Part shown: positions 12,177-24,409 of the stretch, in pieces
Layout of the letters: each line of letters starts with the position of its first letter
Numbering within the stretch: the stretch's first letter is position 1
NCBI RefSeq assembly: GCF_964355755.1
Contig: NC_092679.1
Span: forward strand, 12,879,432 to 12,943,431
DNA: 64,000 nt
Direction of reading: 5' to 3'
DNA from: Antedon mediterranea
Lineage: Eukaryota > Animalia > Echinodermata
Translations under genes and position numbers: made by a program
The notes under the pieces: model-generated
Database searches by the model: none
The model's input: only the letters and a program-made list of their open reading frames with translations
What the model was told of the DNA's origin: nothing

Positions 12177-14534
12177 CACTTACCAAAGCAGAATGCTTAA
12201 GCCTTCGCTAACCATTCGCTAGGCATTCGAATGCTAATTTACAGGTAATTTTTAGAATTTAGGCATTTATGGTTAAAACCACTTAAATGGAATGCTAAGA
12301 AAAGTTTCCAAGCATTCTTTAGGAATGCTTACAAGAGTCAATAAGCATTCAGAAGCTATCCCGAATGGTAGTGTGAATGCTAAGATCATTGCAAGCATTC
12401 GGTGGAGATATTCTGAATGGTAGTGTGAATGCTAAGAACATTGGTAGAATTCAGGAAGATATTTTGAATGGTAGTGTGAATGCTAAGATCATTGGTAGCA
12501 TTCAGGAAGAGATTTTGAATGGTAAACAGGGAAATAATTGAATGCTCAACCAATCAGATCAATCCTCTCCAACTGCCAAAAAACAACAACCAATTAAAAT
12601 TCAAGAGACCAATGACTAGAGAAAGGCTGAGTTGAGTGAGGAGGCCTAGACCGCAGCCTTCCTTCTTTTCACAGCTTACCTGCTGGCAACCCTGACACAG
12701 ATTTTGCTGATATAAAAGGTATTGTAACTAGTATCTATACCTTCATGCTCTTTTATCATTCTGTATTTAGCTACTAACTAGCTAGGCCTAATAATAGGAG
12801 GAAGTTGAGTTCAGCAGAAAGGGACCAGGGCTATAGGCTACAGTAGATAGTGAGTGGTTTGGGAGAATTCAGTGGTGGTACCTATAAATTGGATCCCCTA
12901 AGTCACTCCCTGGTTATATTGTGTAGCTAGGCCTAGGCTAGTTATATTATAATCTAGCTAACCACATTGTATCACTGATCAAAGAGAAGGCTAACTAAAC
13001 TATATATTAAATCACTTTTAAATAAAAGCAGTTTTCACTCTGGCATCATTTATTATAAGACCATGGGATGGTGGAGGCATTTTTTATGCCATGGCAGATT
13101 ATTTCCTAATTCCAACATTTGAAATGAATACAAACAGTAACATGATAACCACACAAGTATTTATTTTAAAGGGTAAATATTAAATAAATTAATAGTCCTC
13201 CTACAGACTAGAGAATAGTGCATAATTCAGTTTTATCTGCTATATACTGACTGTACAAAGGAACAGGTCTCCATTGCAAATAATGGTCTTGATTTTTGTT
13301 ATCTTTCAGACTGATTCTCCGAGAAGAATGCCAAAGTAGAAGCGAGTTGCTTGAACAAAAAATAAACAATAAATAAAAGTTTGAATAGATGTACTTCTAA
13401 ACAATTAACTAGAATTTAATTCGTCACTTTGACGAATTATAGGTGATCATTTTTATAATTTTATTGATAATATTATTTTTTAAACATGCAAGTATTTGTT
13501 AACATACAATCGGAAAATGTTGATGTATGCCATCCTATTATACGCTTATAGTACTGAGTTGTGCCTATATGCCATATACAATATGTACAGTATATACTGT
13601 ATATCTATATACAGTGTAGCATAGGTGAAATTACGGGACACACATGTTCTAATTTGTTGGCATGATGACGTTCAAACTAAACTTTAAGATGACAATTTTT
13701 CGAAAGATAATTAATTGAGCAAAAAAATATAAGATTTGGAAAAAAATTTGGCACGTAGAAGCGCTGTGCGCGCTCTTTGAAATGTGTATAACTTTGACGA
13801 AAAATATGAAAAAACTACTTTTTCACTTCAACTGGCCATATGTTAATGTCACAACATCCGATAGGCTTAATTTTTATATGAATTAATATCTACATTTCAT
13901 CAGCTTTCATAATAAATTATAATCATCAAGGTAACCTTCAATTCTGAAGAGCTGTAAGATATTCAAATTTACTGCGAAGGTGAAATTACACGGCCTATGT
14001 TATTCAAGTTTTTACGCGTGATGACGTCATTAAAATGAAATAGTGTCAACTCATGATAAAGATAATTAATTAAGCAAGCACATACTGAAATTTGTGCGAA
14101 ATTCGAGCACACATAGTAGTCTGATGAGAGTTTTAACTTGTTTTGTTGCAACCCTAATTCCTATTACAATACTGTAGCGTAATGCTATGTAGCATTTCCC
14201 TGCTAACATGTAATTTGCTCACTAGTTTGCATAGTATTAGTGTAGCATTCACCCACTACCATTCGATTGCTAGTGTAGCATTTACCCACTAGCATTTGAA
14301 TGCTAGTGCTACCATTCGCATGCTTAAGCTCATTTAAATGATTTGGCTCCCTCGAAGGTTTAGCGAATGCTAAGAAGCATTCGAAAGCTAAATTCAGTCA
14401 TTGAATGCTTATATACCACTAGTATTCGAATGCTAAGTATAGCCCTTCGAATGCCAATAATAGCATTCCAGGAGTAGCATTCGAAATCGAATGCTTTGTG
14501 AATGGTAAGCGAAGGCATTCAGCTTTAGTAAGGG
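12177..14534. mobile_element. Non-autonomous CACTA/EnSpm-like element with subterminal repeats
   Basis: Left cacttaccaaagcagaatgc..gccttcgctaaccatt pairs with right aatggtaagcgaaggcattcagctttagtaaggg. 52-bp repeats (gaatggtagtgtgaatgctaaga) at 12362-12520, with inverted related motifs at 14240-14330. No matching TSD. Confidence 0.65.
13409..14165 (-). mobile_element. Possible Helitron-like insertion nested in the CACTA-like element
   Basis: Starts A|CTAG followed by the hairpin aattcgtca-ctt-tgacgaatt. The far boundary is approximate. Confidence 0.35.
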
Positions 14535-14907
14535 GGCCCTGAATGAAAATAGCACTAAACTGCTATCGCAAATTCCCATTGGTACTTTTTCTTTCATTTC
14601 AATATTTGTTCAAATAAAGAAACATAAAAGAGCATTTTCCAAGCATATTTTGTTTCCTTGTTACCATGTAACACAAATTGAGTTCATTTAAATTTCCCAT
14701 TTCTTATAATAGGTATAATTTTTATAAGCAAATTTTAACACACATTCAATATTTTGTTCTTTTGTTGTTCTGTGGAACAAATGAAAATATTAACAATTGT
14801 TTTAATATTCCACTTAGAAGAAATTATTATTTGATAAGCTGTACATTTTAAAATACTTCAATTAAAACATCAATGCCCTATACCACAATTGCACATTCCA
14901 AAATGGC

Positions 14908-14914
14908 TATAAAT
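14908..14914 (+). promoter_or_regulatory. TATA box of FReD gene 1
   Basis: TATAAAT about 120 bp upstream of ATG 15030. Conserved in the paralogue at 35248-35254. Confidence 0.6.
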
Positions 14915-15029
14915 AGACATGACTTTGAACTACCATCCATAATCTGATTGTGTTCTGGTGAGACACGACTCCTGGCTTTAATACTACTGCTACTACTACT
15001 GTATATCATTTCAACTGAGAAGAGAAAAG

Positions 15030-18000
15030 ATGCTGCTAATATATTTCCTACTGTCACTGATGGTAGCTCTGGCATTCTCAAACAGCTATGTTGTAGATAT
15101 TGTAGAACAGGATGGTGTTCCTCAATTACTGGTTGTTATCAAAAATGGATGTGATTATGAGACAGAAAGAAAAGGTAAAATTAATAATATATTTCTTCTG
15201 TTAAACTGGCTAAAATAGAGTGGTAGTAAAAGCTTTAGTTTTTTTTTTTATTTGGTTGTTTTTTCAATTGATATTTATGTTTAGAAACCTAATATTTTTA
15301 TAATTGTTTAAGGAATACAGACTTCCAGTGATTATAGTTAACTTACTATAGTTACCAATTAGATCCTCACTGTCAGTTTCTCCATATTGAGAACTACACT
15401 TTCAACTTGAAACAAATGTTTAAGTCATAGAAAAAAATCAGTGCTCAGAGTTAAGCTGTGAAGAAAAATTGTACACACTGCACCCTATATTATTTATAGG
15501 CCTGCCATCTGTCATAAGAACAAACCGATCCCGTTATGCCTTTATAGCCAACGTCATACATTTGATAAACTCATGGCAATAAAGATAGGAAACTGTAGAG
15601 TCAACGTATCATTGTGCAATTCCTCCTTTTTAATATTGTATTTTTAATGTTTTTATAATTTTATGATAAAAGCTTTTAATCTGTACGTATTATACTTAAC
15701 CTAGCTTTTAATGTATATTTGTGTATTTAGTTGAATTTGTATAGTATATCTTTGTTTTTTAAATATTTTTAATGCCAGTTTCAAATGAATTTCCATTTAT
15801 ATTACTATGGACAATAAAATAATATCAGTATCAGTATAAAAATCAAATATTTTGTACAAAAAGCTGACCAATAATTGGTATCATTTAACATAACTCACTG
15901 TTATAAATGTGACCAATGCCATGTGATCCAAATAAATAGCTATGATATCGTTTTATAATTTTCAAAAAATTGAAAAATAAATAAATTTATGGTAAGATAT
16001 ATATACAGTATTATATACCGTATTTGAGTTGCATATACTGTATCTTATTATGAAATTATGTATTCTATGGAAATTACAAATCAACTCTTTCTTCAACATG
16101 ACTGCCATAAAACACATGTACTGCCCCTCAAAAGGCAATCTTTATTAATATACATTTTTTCAAGATTATCAAGACTGCACTGACATACTTGAACGCAACA
16201 GTGAAGCAACAAGTGGTGCTTATATGATCAATATTCATGATGGAGGTGAACCATTCAGAGTTTACTGCGATATGGACACTGATGGAGGTGGATGGACAGT
16301 AAGGCTTTTTTTGCGGTTACTGGACCCAATTACTAATTTTACACTAATGTTGCCAAGTTTGATGGTGGGCCTGTAAATTTGTTTAATTAAAATTAAAATT
16401 GTCGGTAACACAATATAAGAAAGTATTGTATTGTTAATCATCTTTCATTTCATTTATTTATTTGACCAACAAAACATAATATACAATATACAAAGATGAA
16501 ATCTTCAGAAATGTTTAGCATATATTATTACAGTATGTAGAATACAATTGCTTTGTTTAGGTCTTTCAAAGACGAGAAGATGGATCCATGAATTTCTATA
16601 GAAATTGGGCAGCATACAAGGCAGGGTTTGGGAATGTTAATAGTGAGCATTGGCTTGGTAATGATAACATTCATCGCCTTACATCTGATGGTCACTTTGA
16701 ATTAAGAGTGGACATGTCCACCTTTGAGGGTGAATCGGCCTACGCACACTACAACAACTTTCGTATAGGTGATGAGGGAAGTAACTATAAACTGATATGT
16801 GGTGGCTATAGTGGTAATGCAGGTAGGTAGGCCTGTACACACTAGACTAGACTTGATGTATTCCCACATGTGGTGATCCACATATTATGTGCATATTACA
16901 TGATAGCACATAATATTTTCCAATTTTGTTTTCATATTATCTACCGTATATTTCGGTGTATAAGTCGCACCTGTGTATAAGACGCACCCCCTAACTGAGA
17001 GTAAAATATCGGTATTTTTTATATCGTCGATGTATAAGACGCACTTTATATTTCATCAAAACAATTTTTTTAAAAATTGTAATCAATATTATTGTAATAA
17101 TATATTTTGTTATATCTACAACAGAGTCTTTATTTAGGTTTTTTCTTACCTAGGCTCGGTCGCGCCCAGCCTCAACAAGTTCTTTCTAACTTGTTATTCA
17201 TGAGTTTCACACCCACAACATCGAGTGCACGACCGTGTGTGGGCTAGCCTCGCTCGATCATTTCGAGAGGGTGCACGTTTTCACGGACAATCGTATTCGA
17301 TTAGTATCTATGTATCCGAGAAGTGTAAAATACCATAGACAATGTGGCCGCCACCAAGAAGGACTTGCGCTAGGCTAGGGGTACTGCGGTCGGCGATCGT
17401 GCGTATAACTATAAATAAATACATTCCAATCGTAAACGTTTACAAATGAAATTTCATTGGAGCGCCAAAAACAGCTCTATAATGAACAAATCTTTTCATC
17501 AAATTTAGTATAACATCACGCTAAAAATCCTGCCTAGAAAACTAGGCAGAAGCAGGTTGCCGTTACGTTAGTACACTCTGTAGCTAGCCTAGGCCTAGCC
17601 TACTCAGGCCTAGGCTAGCCGTGCCAACAAGGTGACGATTATGTACAATCTGTGTGGTGAGGCATTTATGTTCGGTGTATAAGACGCACCCTTAATTTAG
17701 AGGTCAAATTTGCGTGTCAAAAGTGCGACTTATACACCGAAATATACGGTATATATAAATTTACGTAAGGGCAAAATTCGGTAAATCGCGCCTTACTTTT
17801 AGAATTTTTACTCGATGGTATATAAAGTTGGTTCGTACTTTCGGTACTGATTTTAACCACCTGATGTAACCCTGTTTACTAATTAAATTATGTTAGATAA
17901 TTAGTTATTGACGATTAAAACGAATTTAGGTTCAACGATTTGCCCCAAATAGGGGTGTTTTCCGATCGTGGTATACACTGTCTAATGGATGTCCATCTTG

Positions 18001-21000
18001 AAAAATACCCGCCACAAAAATGCGAGGAGGCTTTGCATTTTCCTATCTCCTCCTACGATAATTGTTTTTAATAGCTGAAAACCGGTTGAACAGCTCGAGT
18101 ACAGTATCATAATGTTGAAGACAGGCCGATTTTCTTAAAAAAATACTATTTTGATAGATTTAATATACGTTTATACAAATTTATTGATTTGCGATGAATG
18201 AAACATTCCAATCTCTGTGTCGTTCCACAAGTGTCTATTCCCTCAGGCATCGTAAAGGAAAGTACTGTATACTCATAACAGAAATTCGATCCATTTTTTT
18301 TTCAATCTGTGCTGCAGAGGTTGGATATAATTTTTTTAGACGGATAATGAGCTAGTGCTAGCGTTTTCGGTCGCCGTATATTAAAGTACAAATCTTTATT
18401 ATTGCAGTTAAACCACCCACATCATCACCCTTCCCTCACTGGCATGAGTAGCGTTGTAAAGCCATAGTAGAGCCTGATAGGCCTACAGTGCATCATATGC
18501 CCTAAACGCAAAACAACTTTGGTGGGTAGGGTAGAAACCACTTTAAGTATGACTTGGCTCTAAGAAACAATTGAAAACCATTCGGCCTACTAATTAAGTT
18601 GAGTTAGAAAATTTAATATTTATTGACGATTAAATTGAATTTATGATTTTCCCCGAATAGAGGTGGTTTTCACAAATTGTTTTACATTATATAAACATAC
18701 ACATCGTAGTGATGTATCGTTACATGTACTGCTATTTTAATCTACTAGGACGGTGATACTGATAGTTTCAACAAAGTATTACATCGCAATGTTTTACTGT
18801 GTTTAGGGGTATATTATTTGTAAAACATGAAAACAATTAATATTTTGTTACTAAATGGATAAAGAATATATTTAAAAATTGTTCCTCTTTGCACCCATCC
18901 TCTTCCCCATCCCTCAACCCTAATGTTACATACAAAACACAAATTAAGTTTGTTTAAATTTGACTTAAACAAAAAGTTTCTCTTTCGGAAGTAATTCCCA
19001 GGGTGCTAATATTAGTTGAGTACATAAATCAGTGTCTATTTATTCGTTCCTGTGTAAACGACATAATTCCCAGTGGTTTTCTTTGTATTTGCGAGTTTTG
19101 GCGTGGTCTATTGCAATAACTCTGAAATTTGCAATCGAGTGACCAGCTGAATTAAAATGTTTATATATATATAAACACAAGAGGCAAAGAACATTAATTC
19201 TAAACCGCCCGGTGATATACTGAAATTTAATTAATTAATTTGAAACGATAAAGATGAGGAAATCTGTGAAAAAAAGTCGCCCAATATATATACACACATC
19301 AGGCAAAGAACATTAATTTATAAATTATAAAATATTATATATATATTATAAAATAAAACTTGGTTACTTCATGGCACTTTATTGACTAAATTTGTTTCGT
19401 AGTCAATAAATTACCATGAAGTAATCAATTTTATTTTTATTTGTGATACCTATCTAGCTCTACCAATGGTATCGAGCACTGTAACCAGATGATCTAGTTA
19501 TCTCTTACTCGTATATATATATAAATCCAAAGGCAAAATTACTGAAAAAATGACAATGCTGTGGGTATCAGTGGCTGGATCTCAATGGAGATACAAAATG
19601 ACAATGCTGTGGGTATCAGTGGCTGGATCTCAATGGAGATACAAAAAAAGCAAAAAGCATCAAAGAAAAATCCAGAAACGTTATATCAGAGCTTTGGGGC
19701 AACACTAGCTCTTCATCAGTGCAAGTGAAAGTACTTGAAAAAAGTCAATAGTTAAAGACCTATTTCCTACAATTTGTGACGTTTTGTAAAAATAATGCAT
19801 ATATATTACTTTAAAAACATTAAACCAGGTCATTCTTTGTCTTAAATGTACGTTTTATGGTAAATTATGATAAAAAAAGAGAAACAATGCACTACCTAAG
19901 TAGCTCGCGGTGAATTTCCTCTCGTTGGCCGTCTTTACTGTAGGCTTAGTTTTGTAGGCCTAGCCGGTAAACATCGGTAACGTACGAACATCGTACCGAG
20001 CATTAGGCCTAGTTTGACGTTGTATAGTTGCTGCATTAATTTCTCTCTGTTTTTTGACAGACTCCGTTGATACAAATTTGGGAAAAACCAGTATTTTCGC
20101 TGAAAAGTTAGGAATCTTCTATTTGTTTTGGCCTCACGATCAATTGAAAAGTGGGTGAATTACAGAAGAAAAACAAAAATATCAATCCGCACGCAATGCA
20201 TGTTGGGATTTATAGCGGGCCGCTAAAATTATTAGAATTGCCTTTAATATTTTTCACATTTTAAACAATTTAAAGACAAAAAAGTTATCTCAATAGGACC
20301 ATTAATGTAGTTTGTGACCGTAAATTAAAACGTAGGGAATGGTCTTTAGAAACAGGCAAGCGCTGCCTGAGTGGACAGGAATTTAAAAGAAATACAACAA
20401 AGGTGAGTATATAGATCATGATTGACACGTTTTAGCTACTACTGAAGATTAGCCTACCAATACCTACGGTATATCAATGTCGGCTAGGGTTAGGAGTTAA
20501 TAGAATAGCAGCTATAGTGCTAAAAATATGAAATCATGCCAAGAATGCGCGAAAGCATAGCCAACAAGGTTAAAGGTTGTTGCGCATGTGCAGTAAACAA
20601 TATTAGGCACGCAACCATTTCAAATTGTTTGTTTTTTTTTTTTTTTATTCGACTTCTCACTAACTCAGTTAGTGAAGGATCTGAACCAACAGGTGGTAAA
20701 CACCTCTAAAACGGTCCAGTCCCAATTTGCACAGTGGCTGTGTGTGACAGTGGCTGTGTTTGTGTGGACTAGTACACCGGGGTAACCCCCTACTCGTCTC
20801 GAAAGATGTACTAGGTTCTTTAAAGTGCGCATGAGCTATGTGTACACTGGACCTACGGTTTATAGTCCTTATCCGAGAAGACTCGTTCTACCACCAGAAC
20901 CATGGAGCGAGTGAGCCTCGAACCCTTGCCGATGTTATGGCTACGTAATTACGGTTCCACTGTCTTAACCGCTCGGCCACTCACTCGCACAACGCAACTC

Positions 21001-24000
21001 GCAACGGTTAATTAAACTGTGTTTAACATTGTGGGCGGTTCACGTTCAAACTGATGAATCTTCTTCAATTCATTAATCTGTGAGAATGAGAACAAGTTTC
21101 CCAACCGAGATTCGATATTATTTTATTATTATTATTAATTGTACGCACACCCACCAGAGATATAAATAAATAGTTTTGTAGTAAGTAACGGCCTTGTGAA
21201 AAACACCAATATGGTGATTCAAGTGTTGCATCCGTTTTTAAATAAAGTTGTTATTATTATTATAGATCAAATTGATACTTTCAGTATTTTATTCATGAAG
21301 CGGGAATTCTGAGCAGATACTTTTATATATATAAACACAACAAGGCAAGAACATTAATTCTAAACATAAAGATATATATCTTTATATAAAGGAAATTAGT
21401 CCTTTTAAAATATTTATTTTGGAATGACATGCACAATACTGTACAAGAGACCGCTTGACCAGTAGATACTCTAGAAAAGAAATACTCAACCTAAAGTACA
21501 AAAACAACAAACCATCAAAGGCCGTATTTCAAGTGATAAACAAGCTAAGAATTCATCGTTTTAAACCAAGAGGTTGCCGCGCAGGTAAAAATAAACATCG
21601 TGCAATAAGGTCAGTAACCCCAAATAGAGTTAACAAGAATAGAAAATACGTGAATCGTAATGAACAAGTTTGGTCAACATCTAGTACTAACTTAGTTACT
21701 TTGATTGACAACAGATGGACTTTACCTACGTTGTTTGTGCACAATGCTAGATCTATTTTGAATTAGATTTATGAGTAAGAGCAAATCAAATTCACCCGGA
21801 AGTTATTATTATTACCGAATCATTTCTAAAGCCGCATATTGATAACTGTCTAGTTGATTTAAATGGCTATTCAACCATAAGAGCGGATCGTCTTGATCGC
21901 CCCCACGGGGGTGTCTTGATGTACATCAAAGATGATATCCCATATAAATTGTGGGGTATTTTTAGAGACCTGAATCACGAAAGCATATGGATCACTATGA
22001 GACCTAAAAGACTTCCTAGATCAATTGCGAATATTACGATAGGAGCTTTTTACCATCCTCCAAATTTCGTAGATTATGTTACAGTGGATCACATCATCCA
22101 GTCTCTAGACCGAATTAGACTAAAACACCCTGACACTGGCATTTTTCTGGCAGGAGATTTTAATAGTGTGAAAGACCGTCAAATTCGCCAATACCCGCTA
22201 AAACAACTAGTTACAGTCAACACTCAAGCTCAGGCTACTTTAGACCTAATATACTCGAACATTGGCAACTATTTTAATGTTCCTTATATAGAACCTGCGC
22301 TTAGTCTGTCAGACCACCATGCTGTAATATGCAAACCGAAAGTAGTTATAGCTACTGATCCCCCTGTGAAACTAATCTTTTCTAAACGTTTAGTCAACAA
22401 AGAAGCCAAGCTGCGTTTTGCGGAAGAACTAAGCAGCATTAAATGGCATGAGCTGTTCGCATTAGAATCATGCAAGCTTCAATATGATTTTTTCAGTGGA
22501 GTGCTTCGTGAACTCACAGACCGTTTTTTCCCTTTAAAAGAATTCAAAAAGACAAGCACAGATAAGCCATGGGTAACTGCTGAATATAAAGGTCTTATTC
22601 GCAGACGACAAGCCGCATTGAAACAAGATGACATGGAATCAATAATGTTCTTCGAAATGCAGTCAACAGAGCTACTAAAATATTGAAAAAACAATATAGT
22701 CTAGGCAAAAAATGTGAAAAAAATGAGTTAGGGGGAGTGGAATTCATTAATAGTCTCCATGTTAACCTTCCATTAATTAAATACCTCCAATAACAGTAGA
22801 AGTTTGCAAATAGCATGTGATAACATATATGATTGGTCTAGTAATAATGATATGGTAATTAATGAGAAGAAAACTGTAGAACTGTTGATAAGTTGTAAAC
22901 GTGTTAACACTAATTTACCTTCACTTGTCTTAAATGAAGTAGATCTAAAAAAAGTCAATCACGCCAAACTTTTAGGCGTTATGATCCAAGATAACCTATC
23001 CTGGCATGGCAAGGTCATATTGACTATATTGTTAAAAAGTGTAATGTAAGGATCTATTTTTTAAAGCAACTTAACTGAGCTGGCCTTAACCCCCAGACTC
23101 TTAAGATATTTTTACTGTACGATTATAAGATCAGTTATTGAATATGCCTGCCCGATTTGGTACACTGGCTTAACTAACAAACAGGCTGATTCCATCGAAA
23201 AACTACAGAAACGTGCATGGGGTGTTTACTGTCAGGAGTCCCTTACTGGGAGGCAAGGGAATTCCTTAGGCTACCCTGTCTCAAGGAACGATTGCTGGAG
23301 ATGAGCAGAAAGTATTTCACAAAACTGAAGTCAGAGGAGCACCGGCTGAATCACCTTCTTCCATCACAAGTCAAACACAAATATAACCTAAATTATACGC
23401 CATACCCTTCACTCGAATCAATAGATCAGGAAACTTCATCATCAACTATGGACTTTCTCACCTGTTTGTCATGTCACTTTCGTTTCCGTGACTTGGGGTG
23501 GTCCGAGGAACCCTTCTTTCTGGTAGGGACTCCTGGTAACTGGATTTTAAATAACTTATATAATTACAATAAATAGCTAAGATAACAATAATAATAAAAA
23601 CAAACACGTATCAAATGAATAACTTTTTAATTCCTTTTATATTATATATAGTTTTATAACATTTTATCGTACAAGTTGTTTCATATTTTAATGTAATTTT
23701 ATATTGTAATTATTGACTTGTGTTTTATCTTATTTATTTTTGAATTGTAAATTTAAACTATTTGTATTACTATTTTAGGTGATTCTCTGACACTTCATAA
23801 CAATCAACAGTTTTCAACGTTTGACCAAGATCATGACATGCATTCCTCACCATGTGCTGTGTCATTCAAAGGAGCTTGGTGGTATAAGAATTGTCATGAT
23901 TCAAATCTGAATGGATTGTACTTGGGTGGTCAGACAGATCAGTTTGCCACAGGTGTGGTGTGGGAACATTGGAAAGGGCACAACTATTCCTTGAAAACTA

Positions 24001-24044
24001 GTGAGATGAAGATACGTAGAAAGCTTACCAATGGCACACAATAA
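15030..24044 (+). CDS. Secreted fibrinogen C-terminal domain protein (FReD; ficolin/MFAP4/FIBCD1-like), 4 exons, 268 aa
   Basis: Exons 15030-15174 (signal peptide [17 protein letters not shown]), 16165-16298 (DCTDI...[13 protein letters not shown]), 16561-16822 (VFQRREDGS...HWLGNDNIH...YSGNAG) and 23779-24044 (DSL...FSTFDQDHD...[15 protein letters not shown]...[10 protein letters not shown]). All junctions are GT-AG and in frame. Confidence 0.93.
16940..19065 (+). mobile_element. Non-autonomous Helitron copy, 3'-truncated, with a MITE in its 5' end
   Basis: Reverse complement of 35980-37307. Removing the MITE restores A|TCTATATATAAATTTACG. The 3' hairpin and CTAG are missing. Confidence 0.8.
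16944..17749. mobile_element. Tc1/mariner-type MITE with TA TSD
   Basis: TA|ccgtatatttcggtgtataagtcgcac...gtgcgacttatacaccgaaatatacgg|TA, a perfect 27-bp TIR. Confidence 0.92.
19175..19290 (+). repeat. Interspersed repeat of unknown class
   Basis: ggcaaagaacattaattctaaaccgcccggtgatatactgaaatttaattaatt. Also at 55394-55500, in reverse at 31560-31665, and partially at 19300 and 21342. Confidence 0.6.
19520..19645 (+). repeat. Interspersed repeat with an internal tandem duplication
   Basis: ccaaaggcaaaattactgaaaaaatgacaatgctgtgggta. Also at 52500-52542 and in reverse at 43047-43112. Confidence 0.6.
19756..20345 (-). mobile_element. Kolobok-type MITE, inverted copy
   Basis: TTAA|agacctatttcctac...gtagggaatggtct|TTAG. 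The interior is the reverse complement of 11350-11975. Confidence 0.85.
20626..20989 (-). mobile_element. tRNA-derived SINE with Meta (MESC)-like core
   Basis: Minus strand: A box TGGCCGAGCGG, B box GGTTCGAGGC, core ggactataaaccgtaggtcc...gcactttaaagaacc...gagtagggggttaccccggtg, and an A-rich tail. Confidence 0.8.
21455..23600 (+). mobile_element. Decayed CR1/L2-group LINE with most of the RT deleted, in FReD intron 3
   Basis: AP endonuclease motifs NARS, IITES, GAFYHPP, GDFN, LDLI, SDH, then KPWVT. The sequence then jumps to the post-YADD region ([13 protein letters not shown]). Stops and frameshifts present. Confidence 0.85.
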
Positions 24045-24409
24045 TACAGATGAGGATGTGTTGCAGCCTACCAGATGACTTTTTACTTTTATACTTTACT
24101 TTTAACTTTAATATTAATGTTATGGGTCGATTTAGCGTGTTTTCTGCCTTCGGCACCCAGGTGATAAGCCTGAACCCCAGTGATGGATGAAAATGAGTCA
24201 GGACAACACAAAACACTGTACACAGTACTTTCTTTCTCGTATTTTAATCATAACCATGCAAACAGCAACACAAGAAGTCACCGTAAACATGCAAAACATT
24301 AACACAACGGAACGGAAGCATAAGCAAAATGGAAGCAAAACTATTAAATGACATCGTATATACATATTTTAACTGTGTAAAACATTCAGGAAACCGTTAT
24401 TTAACAGGC

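Noticed and set aside
20900-20989. tRNA gene
   Set aside because: A/B boxes only, with no clean cloverleaf. It is the head of a SINE.
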